Counted from the stretch's first letter, positions 27,967-38,574 are shown. The stretch is DNA of 64,000 nucleotides from Rhodothermales bacterium (GCA_022821845.1 JAJECT010000018.1:20306-84305); one strand, 5' to 3'. Translations and numbers: made by a program. Notes: generated from the sequence alone by a model not told the origin.

Positions 27967-29238
27967 ATGACGTTCGCGATCGCGATCATTTTCCTGATGC
28001 TCGCCCTGAGCGCGTTTTTCTCGGGTTCCGAAATCGCTTTCGTGGTTGCGAACCGCCTGCGCGTGGAGGTGCTTGCGCGCCGACGCGGCGTCGTGGGCCG
28101 CATCGTAAGCGACTTCATCCAGACCCCCTCCGCGTTCCTGACCACCACCCTGGTCGGCAACAACATTTCGCTCGTCGTCTTTTCCACGCTCACCGCATTT
28201 TACCTGGACCCGCCGCTCCATCGCCTCTGGGACGCCTCCGGGCTGGGCAGTTCGGGCGTCGAGGCCGCCGTACTGATTACCCAAACGCTCGCGGCCAGCG
28301 CCCTCGTGCTCGTATTCGGCGAGATTCTCCCGAAATCCATCATGCGGGAAGCCGCGAACCGGGCGGTGTTCCTGCTGGCCATCCCCCTGCGCATATCGTA
28401 TTACCTGTTGCTCCCGCTCGTCAAAACGGCCGCCGGGGCCGCCACGCTGCTCATGCGCCTCTTTCGCGTCGAGGCGGATACGTTCGTCGGGTTCATGCGG
28501 CGAGACTTCGAAGCCATCATCCAGGAAAGCCGGGAAAGCGGCGAACTCGATCTCGACGAAGAAGAAACCGAGATGCTTTCGAACGTTTTTGCGATGAACG
28601 CGCTGCGCGTGAAGGAGTCGATGGCGCCGCGGACGGAAATAGAAGCCGTCGAGGAGCACACCCCGGTCGATGCGTTGCTGCGCCGCTTCATTGAAACGGG
28701 ACATTCCAAATTGCCCGTCTACCAGCGCAATATCGACCATATCGTGGGGATGGTCTTTGCGTACGACCTGTTCCACGGCCCCGAAACCATGCAGGAAATC
28801 ATGCGCCCGGTGCAATTCGTCCCGGCGGCCAAGCGGTCGAAAGATTTGCTGCGGGAATTTCTCGAAACCAATACGTCCGTCGCCATCGTAATCGACGAAT
28901 ACGGCGGCACGGCAGGCCTGGTAACGCGCGAGGATTTGCTGGAGGAGCTTTTCGGCGACATCCAGGACGAATTCGACACCGAGCAGGAAGTCCTCCGGCA
29001 AGTGGGCGAGAACCGGTACATCGCCGCGGGGCGGGCGGAAATCGACGAACTGGCGGATCGGTTCGGGATTGCGCTGCCCGAAGGGGACTACGAAACGCTG
29101 GCGGGCTATTTGCTGGACCGGATCGGCTCCATCCCCGCGCCGCAGGAGCATTTCGCCTTCGACGGCTACCGGTTCGACGTCCTGAAAGCCGAAGCCAACC
29201 GGATCGAACTGGTCCGCCTCTCCAAACGCGACGCCTGA
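27967..29238 (+). CDS. CNNM/TlyC-type (DUF21-CBS-CorC_HlyC) transporter-associated protein
   Basis: It has the N-terminal DUF21 TM region (LSAFFSGSEIAF). It has a CBS pair region. The C-terminal CorC/HlyC domain reads GEILP...LPEGDYETLAGYLLDRIGSIP. Confidence 0.9.
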   Translation: MTFAIAIIFLMLALSAFFSGSEIAFVVANRLRVEVLARRRGVVGRIVSDFIQTPSAFLTTTLVGNNISLVVFSTLTAFYLDPPLHRLWDASGLGSSGVEAAVLITQTLAASALVLVFGEILPKSIMREAANRAVFLLAIPLRISYYLLLPLVKTAAGAATLLMRLFRVEADTFVGFMRRDFEAIIQESRESGELDLDEEETEMLSNVFAMNALRVKESMAPRTEIEAVEEHTPVDALLRRFIETGHSKLPVYQRNIDHIVGMVFAYDLFHGPETMQEIMRPVQFVPAAKRSKDLLREFLETNTSVAIVIDEYGGTAGLVTREDLLEELFGDIQDEFDTEQEVLRQVGENRYIAAGRAEIDELADRFGIALPEGDYETLAGYLLDRIGSIPAPQEHFAFDGYRFDVLKAEANRIELVRLSKRDA

Positions 29239-29268
29239 CAAGGCCCCTCGGGCAACCGGCGCGGCGGA

Positions 29269-29832
29269 TTACGAATTCGGCGCGGCGCTTCGCTCCGACA
29301 ACGCGGCGCTCCGGCAATACGCCCCCACCACCCGGAGGTGCGCGCCCAGCGCCGGCGCAAGCCCCATCTTGCGCAGCCTTTCGGACGGCGTGTCAGGCAA
29401 TTTGGGCGGACTGATGCGGCCCATCCAGAATTCCATTCCGTTTACGAGCGCCTCCTCCCCGGGAAACGCGGCTTCGGCGAACTGCCCTTCATAGAATTGC
29501 TGCTTGCGCCGCAATCGGGCGTCCACCGCTTCGACCGCCGCCGGATCGGCGAGGGACGGGTCGTTGCGGTCAAGCATTTCGAGGCCCGTGAGATAGCGCC
29601 GGTACGCAAACGGCAACGACGACAGGGCAGGCCCCGCAGCCGCCGCGCCCGCTGGCCATTCCCGAAGCCCCGCCTGCGCCGCCCGCAACGTAACGACGGA
29701 CACAAGGCACAGCGTTTCCTCCGCCACCAGATCGGGGTCCGCGTCCGCTATGTCCCGAAGGATGGCGCCCGCCAGTTCCTGCGCAACGTTCAGCGCGCCC
29801 AGCGAGCAAAAAGCCACCGTACGGGTAATCAT
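29269..29832 (-). CDS. Hypothetical protein
   Basis: It is a 187-aa ORF downstream of floA on the same strand. No motif recognised. Confidence 0.45.
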   Translation of the reverse strand: MITRTVAFCSLGALNVAQELAGAILRDIADADPDLVAEETLCLVSVVTLRAAQAGLREWPAGAAAAGPALSSLPFAYRRYLTGLEMLDRNDPSLADPAAVEAVDARLRRKQQFYEGQFAEAAFPGEEALVNGMEFWMGRISPPKLPDTPSERLRKMGLAPALGAHLRVVGAYCRSAALSERSAAPNS

Positions 29833-29860
29833 CGCGTGATCCGGTCAGGGTCGCCGGCGC

Positions 29861-30850
29861 CTATTTCTTCTTGTCGGCGACGTCTTCTCGCCCGATGGAA
29901 TCCCGCATGCGCGTGTCCGCCTCCACATTCCGCAGCGTGTAGAAATCCATGGCGCCGATGTTGCCGTTGCGCAGCGCGTCCGCCAGCGCCTTGGGCACCT
30001 CCGCCTCGGCGGAAACCACCTTGGCGCGCTGTTCCTGCACGGCGGCGCGCATTTCCTGCTCCCGGGCCACCGCCGAGGCGCGGCGTTCTTCGGCTTTGGC
30101 GCGGGCCACTTGCAGGTCGGCCTCCGCCTGATCGGTCTGCAACTTGGCGCCGATATTCTCGCCCACGTCCACGTCGGCGATATCGATAGAGAGAATTTCG
30201 AACGCCGTCCCGGAATCAAGGCCCTTGGACAACACCACCTTGGAAATAGAATCGGGATTTTCCAGAACCAGCGCATGCGTTTCGGAAGAGCCGATGGTGG
30301 ACACGATTCCCTCGCCCACCCGCGCAATAATCGTTTCCTCGCCGGCCCCGCCCACCAGGCGCTCGATATTGGCCCGCACCGTAACGCGGGCGATGGCGCG
30401 TACCTGAATGCCGTCCTTGGCCACGGCGGACACGGCGGGGGTTTCGATCACTTTGGGGTTCACGGACACCTGCACGGCCTCGAATACGTCCCGTCCCGCC
30501 AGGTCGATGGCCGTTGCGCGCTCGAACGCAAGATCAATGCTGGCCTTGTCCGCCGAAATCAGCGCGTTCACCACCTTTTGCACATTCCCCTGGGCCAGAT
30601 AATGCGCTTCGAGTTGCGGGGTATCCACATAGATGCCTGCCTTGTGCGCGGTGATGAGCGGCTTGACGATGCGAACGGGGGGCACCTTCCGCAGCCGCAT
30701 CCCCACCAGGTCGCGGAACAGTTTGAGCCGGACGCCGGAGAAATAGGCCGTTACCCACAGCCCGAGCGGCACGAAATACAGCAGAAAAACGAAAAAAAGA
30801 ACGATCAGCGCGATAACCAGCAAGCCGAGCGTGGTGAAAAGGCTTTCCAT
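29861..30850 (-). CDS. floA: Flotillin-like protein FloA (SPFH/UPF0365 family)
   Basis: It matches remembered Bacillus FloA/YqfA closely along its length: [77 protein letters not shown]. The start is set at MESLFTT (30850). Confidence 0.92.
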   Translation of the reverse strand: MESLFTTLGLLVIALIVLFFVFLLYFVPLGLWVTAYFSGVRLKLFRDLVGMRLRKVPPVRIVKPLITAHKAGIYVDTPQLEAHYLAQGNVQKVVNALISADKASIDLAFERATAIDLAGRDVFEAVQVSVNPKVIETPAVSAVAKDGIQVRAIARVTVRANIERLVGGAGEETIIARVGEGIVSTIGSSETHALVLENPDSISKVVLSKGLDSGTAFEILSIDIADVDVGENIGAKLQTDQAEADLQVARAKAEERRASAVAREQEMRAAVQEQRAKVVSAEAEVPKALADALRNGNIGAMDFYTLRNVEADTRMRDSIGREDVADKKK

Positions 30851-30926
30851 GCGAAGGGAGGAATCTCGTGAAAAAATAAAGACAGCAAACAGCCGTACGG
30901 GAGTATACGACAAAACCGCCGGATGG

Positions 30927-31445
30927 TTACGGCGGGTCCGAATCCGAAGCGCGTTCGTACCGCCCGCTTGCGCCGCCCTCCTTGGCCAGCAACCGGATAT
31001 CCGAAATGAGAATATCTTTCGAAATCCCCTTGCACATGTCGTACAGGGCAAGGCACGCCACGGACGCGGCGGTCAGTGCCTCCATCTCGACGCCCGTCTG
31101 GCCCACGGTGCGGACGCGGGCGCGCACGGCGATCGAAAAGTCTTCTTCGCGGGCGTCGAACGTAACCTCCACGCCCGCCAGCGCCACATTGTGGCACAGG
31201 GGAATGAGTTCGGACGCGCGCTTGGCCGCCTGGATGCCCGCCAGTTGCGCCGTACACAACACATTGCCTTTGGGCGCGGCGCCGGAAAGCGCGGCGCGAA
31301 ACGCTTCCTCGCCCAAATGCACCCGCCCCGCCGCCGTCGCCATGCGGGCCGAATCGGGCTTGGCGCCCACGTCCACCATACGCACGCCGCCCTCGGGATG
31401 CAGATGGGTCAGGGAAGAAGCGTCGTCTGGCATGGCGGCGGGCAA
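30927..31445 (-). CDS. moaC: Cyclic pyranopterin monophosphate synthase
   Basis: LTHL...MVDVGAKP...ELIPLCHN...[25 protein letters not shown] are MoaC signatures. Confidence 0.92.
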   Translation of the reverse strand: MPAAMPDDASSLTHLHPEGGVRMVDVGAKPDSARMATAAGRVHLGEEAFRAALSGAAPKGNVLCTAQLAGIQAAKRASELIPLCHNVALAGVEVTFDAREEDFSIAVRARVRTVGQTGVEMEALTAASVACLALYDMCKGISKDILISDIRLLAKEGGASGRYERASDSDPP

Positions 31446-31491
31446 GGAAAGGGAAGTGGATGGCGGACGAAAAACGGCCCGGACGTGCAGC

Positions 31492-31580
31492 CCGGAAAAC
31501 GCCGCGGGTACGGCGGCAAGGGGAATATAGGGAAAAGCGGGGCGGGGCGGCCTCGTTTTATCGCGGGCTGTCGGGGAAAT
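31492..31580. repeat. Left copy of an 88/89-bp direct repeat (island boundary), in the moaC 5' leader
   Basis: Manual alignment with 36596-36683 gives 7 substitutions plus one 1-nt indel over 89 positions. Confidence 0.9.
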
Positions 31581-31660
31581 GTTGAAACTGTAGCAAAGTG
31601 AATCCTATTTATAATATACGAAATTATGGAACCAAAGTAAAACAATAAGCAAATTAAAAT

Positions 31661-31981
31661 CTACGTCTTTTTAGGCAAGTTTTCGAGGCGTTCCGGATAT
31701 TTTTTTCCCGTTAGTTTCTGCAATCGCTCCAGTTCTTGCCTATACATTTTAGCTTTTTGTCGTTCCACAATGTAACGAGTAGAAAAAAACCAAAGTATTA
31801 TACTAATAGAAGGTGTTAAAAACAAAATCAAATTTGGTGTTTCTCCTTGTACATTTAATATTTGAATTACATTATATAGGTTATATAAAATAAAAATTGT
31901 AGTGATCGCAAAGATAACCCATGCAATAATTTGGGCTTTAATGATTTTATCACTATTTTTATTCATTGCACTATCCTCCAT
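31661..31981 (-). CDS. Small two-TM membrane protein with a basic C-terminal tail (AT-rich gene)
   Basis: The sequence MEDSAMNKNSDKIIKAQIIAWVIFAITTIFILY...LILFLTPSISIILWFF... shows the two hydrophobic helices. Its codon usage is strongly A/T-biased, unlike the host genes. The start is uncertain (31981 or 31966). Confidence 0.5.
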   Translation of the reverse strand: MEDSAMNKNSDKIIKAQIIAWVIFAITTIFILYNLYNVIQILNVQGETPNLILFLTPSISIILWFFSTRYIVERQKAKMYRQELERLQKLTGKKYPERLENLPKKT

Positions 31982-32513
31982 GTGGGCTTCTTTTATTGCA
32001 ATGTGTCTTATAACATTCCCGGAGCCGGTGGATAGCATAAGTACTTCCAACCCCGCCTAACACGACCGAAGTCCAAGCCAACCACCCCGCGGGCCCCGAG
32101 GCAATAGCAGTCCCAACACTACCTATCCCCACACCAAGCATAAGCGCATCCATATCACATTGCCTAACCCCCATATCGCAACGGCCATTCCGGGTTACCA
32201 TCTGGATATTTTCGGCGCATCGCTCATAGGGAGTCTGTGTTTTATACTGCCCTGCCATATTTGAAGGCGCATATGGATTAATTTTCGGACGTGAAGCGGG
32301 TTGACCTATCAAATGCCCACAGTACCGTTGTAAATCCGATGTAGCATTTCCAGATAATTGTATCTTCATAATAGGTACGGCTGTATTATTATACGCCATA
32401 TCTCGTTTATGGCTTCGCCATATAACAAAGATTATCATAAACATTGATAATGATATACAAAACCAAAAAAATAATTTTTGATCCCGTTTACTTTTGAATT
32501 TAATTAAAGGCAT
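31971..32513 (-). CDS. Cys-rich membrane-anchored protein with a C-terminal glycine-zipper-like segment (AT-rich gene)
   Basis: The N-terminal TM is LFFWFCISLSMFMIIFVIW. Eight Cys lie in the soluble part. The C-terminal segment is GVGIGSVGTAIASGPAGWLAWTSVVLGGVGS. Confidence 0.5.
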   Translation of the reverse strand: MPLIKFKSKRDQKLFFWFCISLSMFMIIFVIWRSHKRDMAYNNTAVPIMKIQLSGNATSDLQRYCGHLIGQPASRPKINPYAPSNMAGQYKTQTPYERCAENIQMVTRNGRCDMGVRQCDMDALMLGVGIGSVGTAIASGPAGWLAWTSVVLGGVGSTYAIHRLRECYKTHCNKRSPHGG

Positions 32514-33120
32514 GATATTAACCTGTGTTAGTTACGATGTAGTACAGCAGAACCCGGCCAGAACCGAGCACCGATTCCCCGAAAGCGGGCGCGTATCCAT
32601 AGTCTAACGCCCCGCCTGGACAATGTCAAGCCCTTGTCTGAATTTTTTTTCGGGCCGCTTCCCTGTGGGGTTCGTGGATTCCTTCGTACTCTTCGACGAG
32701 GCGTTCCGTTCGGCAAAGGTAGCATATCCATTCCGCCCGCCATACGCCTTTCTTCGCCTTCGAGGCCCAAAGCATAACGCCGCCTTTCTCTTCGCGCACA
32801 GGGTACAGGGGAAAGGATTCGGGATTTTGACGCGGAACCCGCCTGCGGTTTCAATGCAGTTCGGTTCGGGATCGGTTCGTTTCATGGGTTCGGTACGTGT
32901 AAGGGGTTCGCAGGCGTTGGCCGCTTTCTTTGCGCAGGAAGGCGAAACCGTTTCGCGCCTTCGCAAGCGTTCCGCATCGCGCCGTAAACGCGCCCAGAAC
33001 GCCCGCAAGGCCGCGCATCGAGGCCGAAAGAACCCGTAACGCGGCGGAAACCGTGCGGAAACAGCGCGTAAACGCGGCGTATCTACCAGAGGCGCGGCAA
33101 AATCACCGTGTAACAACCCT

Positions 33121-33178
33121 AAATTAGCCGTAAAACCGCTAAAAACAGCTGAAAACAGTAGTAAAACGCAAAAACCCC
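33121..33178. repeat. Phased A-tract / iteron-like array
   Basis: The sequence is AAATTAGCCG TAAAACCGC TAAAAACAGC TGAAAACAGTAG TAAAACGC AAAAACCCC. Six A4-5 tracts recur at spacings of about 8-12 bp, just upstream of the wHTH ORF. Confidence 0.6.
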
Positions 33179-33197
33179 GAAGCATTAGGCGGCAAGC

Positions 33198-33614
33198 ATG
33201 GCACATCCAAGGGATCCGCGGCGCGGCCTGCCGGGCAAACGCCCGGTTTACTGGGTTCTTACGCCGGAGTTTAAGGGGCGCGAAGGCACGGAACGGGTTC
33301 TCGCGCAAGCCCGCAGGGCGCGAATGGCAGCCAGCGCGTGGCACGTTTTCGCGTTTTTGCACGCGGCGGCGGCGCGGGGAGACTACGGCGGCCTATCGCA
33401 GGACGAGATTGGGCGCGATACGGGATATTCTCCGCCTTCGGTTTCCGTCGCCGTCCACATGCTCGCGGATTGGGGCGCGATAGCCAACGCGCGGGACTTC
33501 GAGGACGTGGAAGAACTGGAGCCGGAACCCGCGTCACATATTAAATCAGTTTATCGAGATGTATCAAGCGCGTCGCGTTCCTGCATATACTGCTCGCAGG
33601 GGACATGTCGGTAA
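33198..33614 (+). CDS. Small winged-helix/HTH DNA-binding protein (MarR/Rep-like), possibly truncated
   Basis: The HTH-like segment is LSQDEIGRDTGYSPPSVSVAVHMLADWGAI. A likelier start is the ATG at 33324 (MAASAWHVF). The 3' end overlaps the convergent gene by 64 nt. Confidence 0.45.
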   Translation: MAHPRDPRRGLPGKRPVYWVLTPEFKGREGTERVLAQARRARMAASAWHVFAFLHAAAARGDYGGLSQDEIGRDTGYSPPSVSVAVHMLADWGAIANARDFEDVEELEPEPASHIKSVYRDVSSASRSCIYCSQGTCR

Positions 33615-34411
33615 GGTTCGCGAATACCCGACACGGCTTCAGATACAGTCTGTTGAAGATAGTTTACATCCCAATCATCGGTAATGCGACGCTTGTAAAG
33701 TTCGTCCTCATCATTAGCTATAGCCTCTGCCATTGCGATAAGTTCGATATCTCTAATCGCAGAAGCGAGTTTAATAGCGGGCATTAACAAGAACCATTCG
33801 CCGAGATCATCCTCGTTAGAAATATAGCGCAGGGCTATCTCTCTGAGTTGTTCCTGCTCGGCGGAGTTAAAAGCGTCCAGGCCCCAGTGATCGACCATCA
33901 TTGTAAGAACATGTAATCCTCCATTCATGGCCCCTTCATTTACAGGTTCGTTCGCGTAAACGAATTGCAGAACAGGTCGTATAGCTTCCTGTCCCATATC
34001 GATCCAGTCAGGATAACCACCGCAGCAAAGCCAGGGAAGAAGCACGTCGATATACGCAGGATCGAACATACGCATCACTTCGCCAGACAAAGTAAGGCCT
34101 ATAGCATCGTCGGGACCGAGCGCCCAGTGAGGACCTTCGCCAAGAAGATATTTTCTTCTGCGCTCGTTCTCTATCGCAAGCGCATCGACGAGCGCGGCGC
34201 GGAGCTGAGGCGTTCGATCTTCTTCAGATACGCGCAGGTATTCTTCGAACGCAGAAGCCATGACGGCGCGATCACTACTGACAAGATCCATCGAAACGGC
34301 TTGCTGAGAACGCGTGGAAACGCTCGCCTTTTGTTGAGCGAACAGAGGAAAAGGGGCCAACCAGATAGCCAGAAGCGCGAAAAACGAAACAGAGCGCAAG
34401 ATCGAAGTCAT
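33551..34411 (-). CDS. Secreted protein of unknown function, predicted alpha-helical; candidate partner or immunity protein of the upstream peptidase
   Basis: The signal peptide is MTSILRSVSFFALLAIWLAPFPLFAQQ. It lies 45 nt downstream of the LAS-peptidase lipoprotein gene on the same strand. Confidence 0.7.
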   Translation of the reverse strand: MTSILRSVSFFALLAIWLAPFPLFAQQKASVSTRSQQAVSMDLVSSDRAVMASAFEEYLRVSEEDRTPQLRAALVDALAIENERRRKYLLGEGPHWALGPDDAIGLTLSGEVMRMFDPAYIDVLLPWLCCGGYPDWIDMGQEAIRPVLQFVYANEPVNEGAMNGGLHVLTMMVDHWGLDAFNSAEQEQLREIALRYISNEDDLGEWFLLMPAIKLASAIRDIELIAMAEAIANDEDELYKRRITDDWDVNYLQQTVSEAVSGIREPYRHVPCEQYMQERDALDTSR

Positions 34412-34456
34412 GAGGGACTTAAAGGATTCGGGTTAGAGGGATGGGAAGAAGCGATT

Positions 34457-35827
<1,371 letters not shown>

Positions 35828-35923
35828 GATCGAGGGAATACAGGAGTGGTCCGTAAAAACTGGACAGGTTTGCGGGATTCGTTTTAGGTGCAGCTTTGCG
35901 GTGGGTTCTGCCGCCTGCGCCAG

Positions 35924-36091
35924 CGGATCATACCTGTAGTATACGTCATCGAGCGTGAGGTTGTCAAGGCCCTGGTGCGGGCGTTCTTCGTTGAAGTAGC
36001 GGACGTAGGCGGCGTAAACCACAGCAATTTTATACCTAAACTCCTGTCCAGTTTTTACGAACCACTTCTCCCGGCGATCCCTAACCCCCAA
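35924..36091 (-). pseudogene. Remnant of a transposase (C-terminal end of an rve/DDE integrase-core domain)
   Basis: The translation KWFVKTGQEFRYKIAVVYAAYVRYFNEERPHQGLDNLTLDDVYYR resembles the conserved IS3/IS481-type C-terminus (Y.N..RPH..L...TP...Y). No catalytic core lies upstream. Confidence 0.6.
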
Positions 36092-36644
36092 CGTTTATCA
36101 GTGAGATGAGCAGAGCCTGCAAGAAAGCCGCCAGTGCTCCACCCTCCAGACCGCCCCTGAGCAATTCTGTGTTGAGCCCAGCTTCAATGGCGATAAACAC
36201 AGCACCAAGCGAGAGCATTAAGAGCCACTGTATCCAAGGAGCCGTCGCATCATTATCACCAGGCCGCGACACAGCCGATACAGCTTTGATTTCCGATTGC
36301 TGGACCTGCGTGGAAGCATCGTTCCCGTCGTTCCCGCCATTCCGCGACGCCAGCCCGTCCGGCGATTGGCCGAACTTCCGGCACAACGCCAACTGCTCCA
36401 GCTCCGCCTCGGTGCTACGAACCAATTCGTCGGGACCCTGGGACTGGCTGGAACCGCCCGGCCCGAGCGGATCGCTCAACTTGGCCCGGAGGTTGCTCAA
36501 ACTCAGGTTGACATAGTCCTGAAGATCAAGCCGCAAGCTGGCCAGGAGGCTTTGGTGGGCCGACTGCCACAATCCGCCCGGCTTGGACGCACAGTCCGGA
36601 AAACGCAGCGGGTACGGCGGCAAGGAGAATATAGGGAAAAGCAC
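36081..36644 (-). CDS. Hypothetical ORF, possibly a gene truncated by the adjacent IS remnant
   Basis: This 187-aa ORF has its N-terminus encoded by the right copy of the direct repeat. It ends in hydrophobic helices that abut the transposase fragment. Coding status is doubtful. Confidence 0.3.
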   Translation of the reverse strand: MLFPIFSLPPYPLRFPDCASKPGGLWQSAHQSLLASLRLDLQDYVNLSLSNLRAKLSDPLGPGGSSQSQGPDELVRSTEAELEQLALCRKFGQSPDGLASRNGGNDGNDASTQVQQSEIKAVSAVSRPGDNDATAPWIQWLLMLSLGAVFIAIEAGLNTELLRGGLEGGALAAFLQALLISLINVGG

Positions 36645-36683
36645 GGCGGGCGGCCTCTTTTTATCGCGGCCTGTCAGGGAAAT
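36596..36683. repeat. Right copy of the 88/89-bp direct repeat (island boundary)
   Basis: See 31492-31580. Both copies are in the same orientation. Confidence 0.9.
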
Positions 36684-36807
36684 CAGGCCCCGAATCCGCT
36701 AAAAAAGCGTGCCTATCCGCCTCATTTCCGTACATTGCCTGTAACCGTTCGGGGTTATCGAGCGTATAATGATACTGTGCCCCGTTTCTACAAAGCAGTC
36801 CCCTTAC

Positions 36808-37098
36808 ATGGAAATGATTGCGCTCATAACGACAAGCGGTATAGGATTGGCTGGCGTTGTCGTCGCCATCCTCGCGCTTGTGTCCAGAAAAAAGGAAGTC
36901 CGCAAGAGCCATCGGCGAGAAGAAGAACTCTTGTTTCGCCAGAACGTCGATTCGAGATTCTCCGATATGAATAGCAATATGGAGAACCGGTTTTCGGAGA
37001 TTCGACAAGAAATGAGAGAGGATAAAAAGGAGATCCGGCAAGCAATGGACAAGGGGTTCGAATCCGTGCGAGAGGATATTCGCTCCCTCCGCCCGTAG
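36808..37098 (+). CDS. Small membrane-anchored coiled-coil protein
   Basis: MEMIALITTSGIGLAGVVVAILALV is followed by a charged, repetitive helix (RFSDMNSNMENRFSEIRQEMREDKKEIRQAMDKGFESVREDIRSL). Confidence 0.5.
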   Translation: MEMIALITTSGIGLAGVVVAILALVSRKKEVRKSHRREEELLFRQNVDSRFSDMNSNMENRFSEIRQEMREDKKEIRQAMDKGFESVREDIRSLRP

Positions 37099-37183
37099 GC
37101 GGATTATTGCCCAATAACGTCGAATGAGGCAGATATGCCGGTTTTTTAAAGGAAATACTGAAGCTGTACACCCCGCAAAGCCC

Positions 37184-37633
37184 TCATTCCCCCCGCCGTT
37201 CCACCCAGAGCGTCACGGGACCGTCGTTCGCGAGGCGCACCTGCATCATGGCGCCGAACACGCCCGTCTGGACCGGGGCGGCCAGTTGCGCGGACAGCCG
37301 CTCGACGAACGCATCGTACAGGGCTTCGGCCTGTTCGGGAGGCGCGGCGTCCACGAAAGAAGGCCGGTTGCCCCGCCGCGCGTCCCCGTACAAGGTGAAT
37401 TGCGACACCACGAGCGCTTCGCCCCCCGCCTCGGCGAGCGACCGGTTCATTTTGCCTTCCTCGTCGGAAAAGATGCGCAGGCGGGCGCACTTTCGGACCA
37501 GCCAGTCCAGTTCCGCGTCCGTATCCGCGCGGTGCGCGCCAAAAAGAACAAGCATGCCGGGGCCTATGCGCCCGACTTCCTTCCCCTCGACTTCGACTGA
37601 GGCTTCCGTTACCCGTTGAATCAATGCAACCAT
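37184..37633 (-). CDS. dtd: D-aminoacyl-tRNA deacylase
   Basis: [15 protein letters not shown]...[18 protein letters not shown]...[16 protein letters not shown] are canonical Dtd motifs. Confidence 0.93.
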   Translation of the reverse strand: MVALIQRVTEASVEVEGKEVGRIGPGMLVLFGAHRADTDAELDWLVRKCARLRIFSDEEGKMNRSLAEAGGEALVVSQFTLYGDARRGNRPSFVDAAPPEQAEALYDAFVERLSAQLAAPVQTGVFGAMMQVRLANDGPVTLWVERRGE

Positions 37634-37637
37634 GTCG

Positions 37638-38225
37638 TTATTCCAATAAACTCCGAAGATACCCGGCCAGCTGCCGGAGCGCCGCGCCGCGGTGGCTTAT
37701 CGCGTTCTTTTCGCGGGCGGTCAATTCCGCAAAGGCCCGGCCTGCGCCGTCCGGCGCGAAAATACGATCATAGCCGAACCCCATGCTCCCCCGCTCTTCG
37801 GCGAGAATCGCGCCCTCGCACGTCCCCTCGAAAAAGCGAACGCCCGTCTCGTCCGCAAAGGCAATCACCGTGCGAAACCGGGCAGAGCGGTCCCGAACGC
37901 CCTGCATGTCGGCAAGCAGTTTCCGGCGGTTCGCCGCATCGTCCGCAGCGGGGCCCGCGAACCGGGCCGAACGTACGCCGGGCAAACCGCCCAGCGCATC
38001 CACTTCCAGCCCCGTATCGTCCGCCAGCGCAGGCAATCCGCCGAAGGCATGCAACGTTTCCGCCTTCTTGCGCGCATTGCCTTCGAGCGTGTCGGCGTCC
38101 TCCTCGACGAGCGGCGCACCGGCCATTTCCGACGCCGGACGGAGCGCAATCGGTAGATCCGACAGGACGAGGCGCATCTCCGCAACCTTGCCCGGATTCC
38201 TGGTGGAAAGAAGAAGCGTCATCAT
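37638..38225 (-). CDS. rdgB: dITP/XTP pyrophosphatase (Ham1/RdgB family)
   Basis: [12 protein letters not shown]..., [36 protein letters not shown] and GFGYD.IF.P are the family motifs. Confidence 0.9.
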   Translation of the reverse strand: MMTLLLSTRNPGKVAEMRLVLSDLPIALRPASEMAGAPLVEEDADTLEGNARKKAETLHAFGGLPALADDTGLEVDALGGLPGVRSARFAGPAADDAANRRKLLADMQGVRDRSARFRTVIAFADETGVRFFEGTCEGAILAEERGSMGFGYDRIFAPDGAGRAFAELTAREKNAISHRGAALRQLAGYLRSLLE

Positions 38226-38351
38226 GCAGGAACAATTCGTTCGCAGCGTTCGTTTTAGTAGACTACCGTAAAAAACGGTTCATCCGCCCGGCGCGTTCGC
38301 CCGCCCCCGACGAGCCCGCCGGCCACCATCCGATACGCAAGGAGAATCATT

Positions 38352-38546
38352 TTGTCCGTAGGAGTCAAGGTTAGAGACAGCGAATCCATCGATCGCACCC
38401 TGCGCCGTTTCAAGCGGGCCGTGAATCGTAGCCGCGTACTGCGCATCTACCGCGCGAATATGGCTTTCACGAAGCCTTCCGAAGAGCGGCGGCTCGCCCG
38501 CGAGAAATCGCATCGCATGTCCAGAAAACATTCCAGAAGGCACTAA
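38352..38546 (+). CDS. rpsU: 30S ribosomal protein S21
   Basis: VKVRDSESIDRTLRRFKRAVNRSRVLRIYRANMAFTKPSEERR. It has a TTG start preceded by AAGGAG. Confidence 0.93.
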   Translation: MSVGVKVRDSESIDRTLRRFKRAVNRSRVLRIYRANMAFTKPSEERRLAREKSHRMSRKHSRRH

Positions 38547-38567
38547 ACCCGACCAGCGCGCGGGTTT
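38545..38567. terminator. Candidate bidirectional hairpin between the convergent rpsU and sucA/kgd genes
   Basis: AAACCCG (38545-38551) pairs with CGGGTTT (38561-38567), giving a 7-bp stem with a 9-nt loop. T-rich sequence follows on the plus strand. Confidence 0.35.
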
Positions 38568-38574
38568 CGGGCGT

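Noticed and set aside
31446-31600. A Moco riboswitch or intrinsic terminator in the moaC leader / left direct repeat.
   Set aside because: I could not fold a convincing multi-stem structure or a GC hairpin with a T-run by eye, and I cannot run a covariance model. Function is left open.
32604-33362. The 252-aa (-) and 138-aa (+, 32623-33039) ORFs in the GC-rich centre of the island.
   Set aside because: Their composition is Arg/Ala/Pro-rich with no motifs. Only a short basic Cys-containing sub-ORF (about 32604-32885, minus strand) might be real, and the support is insufficient to annotate it.
36735-36770. A sigma70-like promoter (TTGCCT ... TATAAT) upstream of the small gene at 36808.
   Set aside because: The -10 hexamer is perfect, but the spacing to the only -35-like hexamer is about 24 nt. 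The organism's promoter consensus is also unknown.
37055-37065. GGTTCGAATCC, a tRNA T-loop-like string near the right edge of the island.
   Set aside because: The flanking bases (AAGGG / GTGCG) cannot form a T-stem. No acceptor or anticodon arms are apparent, and the string lies inside a plausible small CDS.
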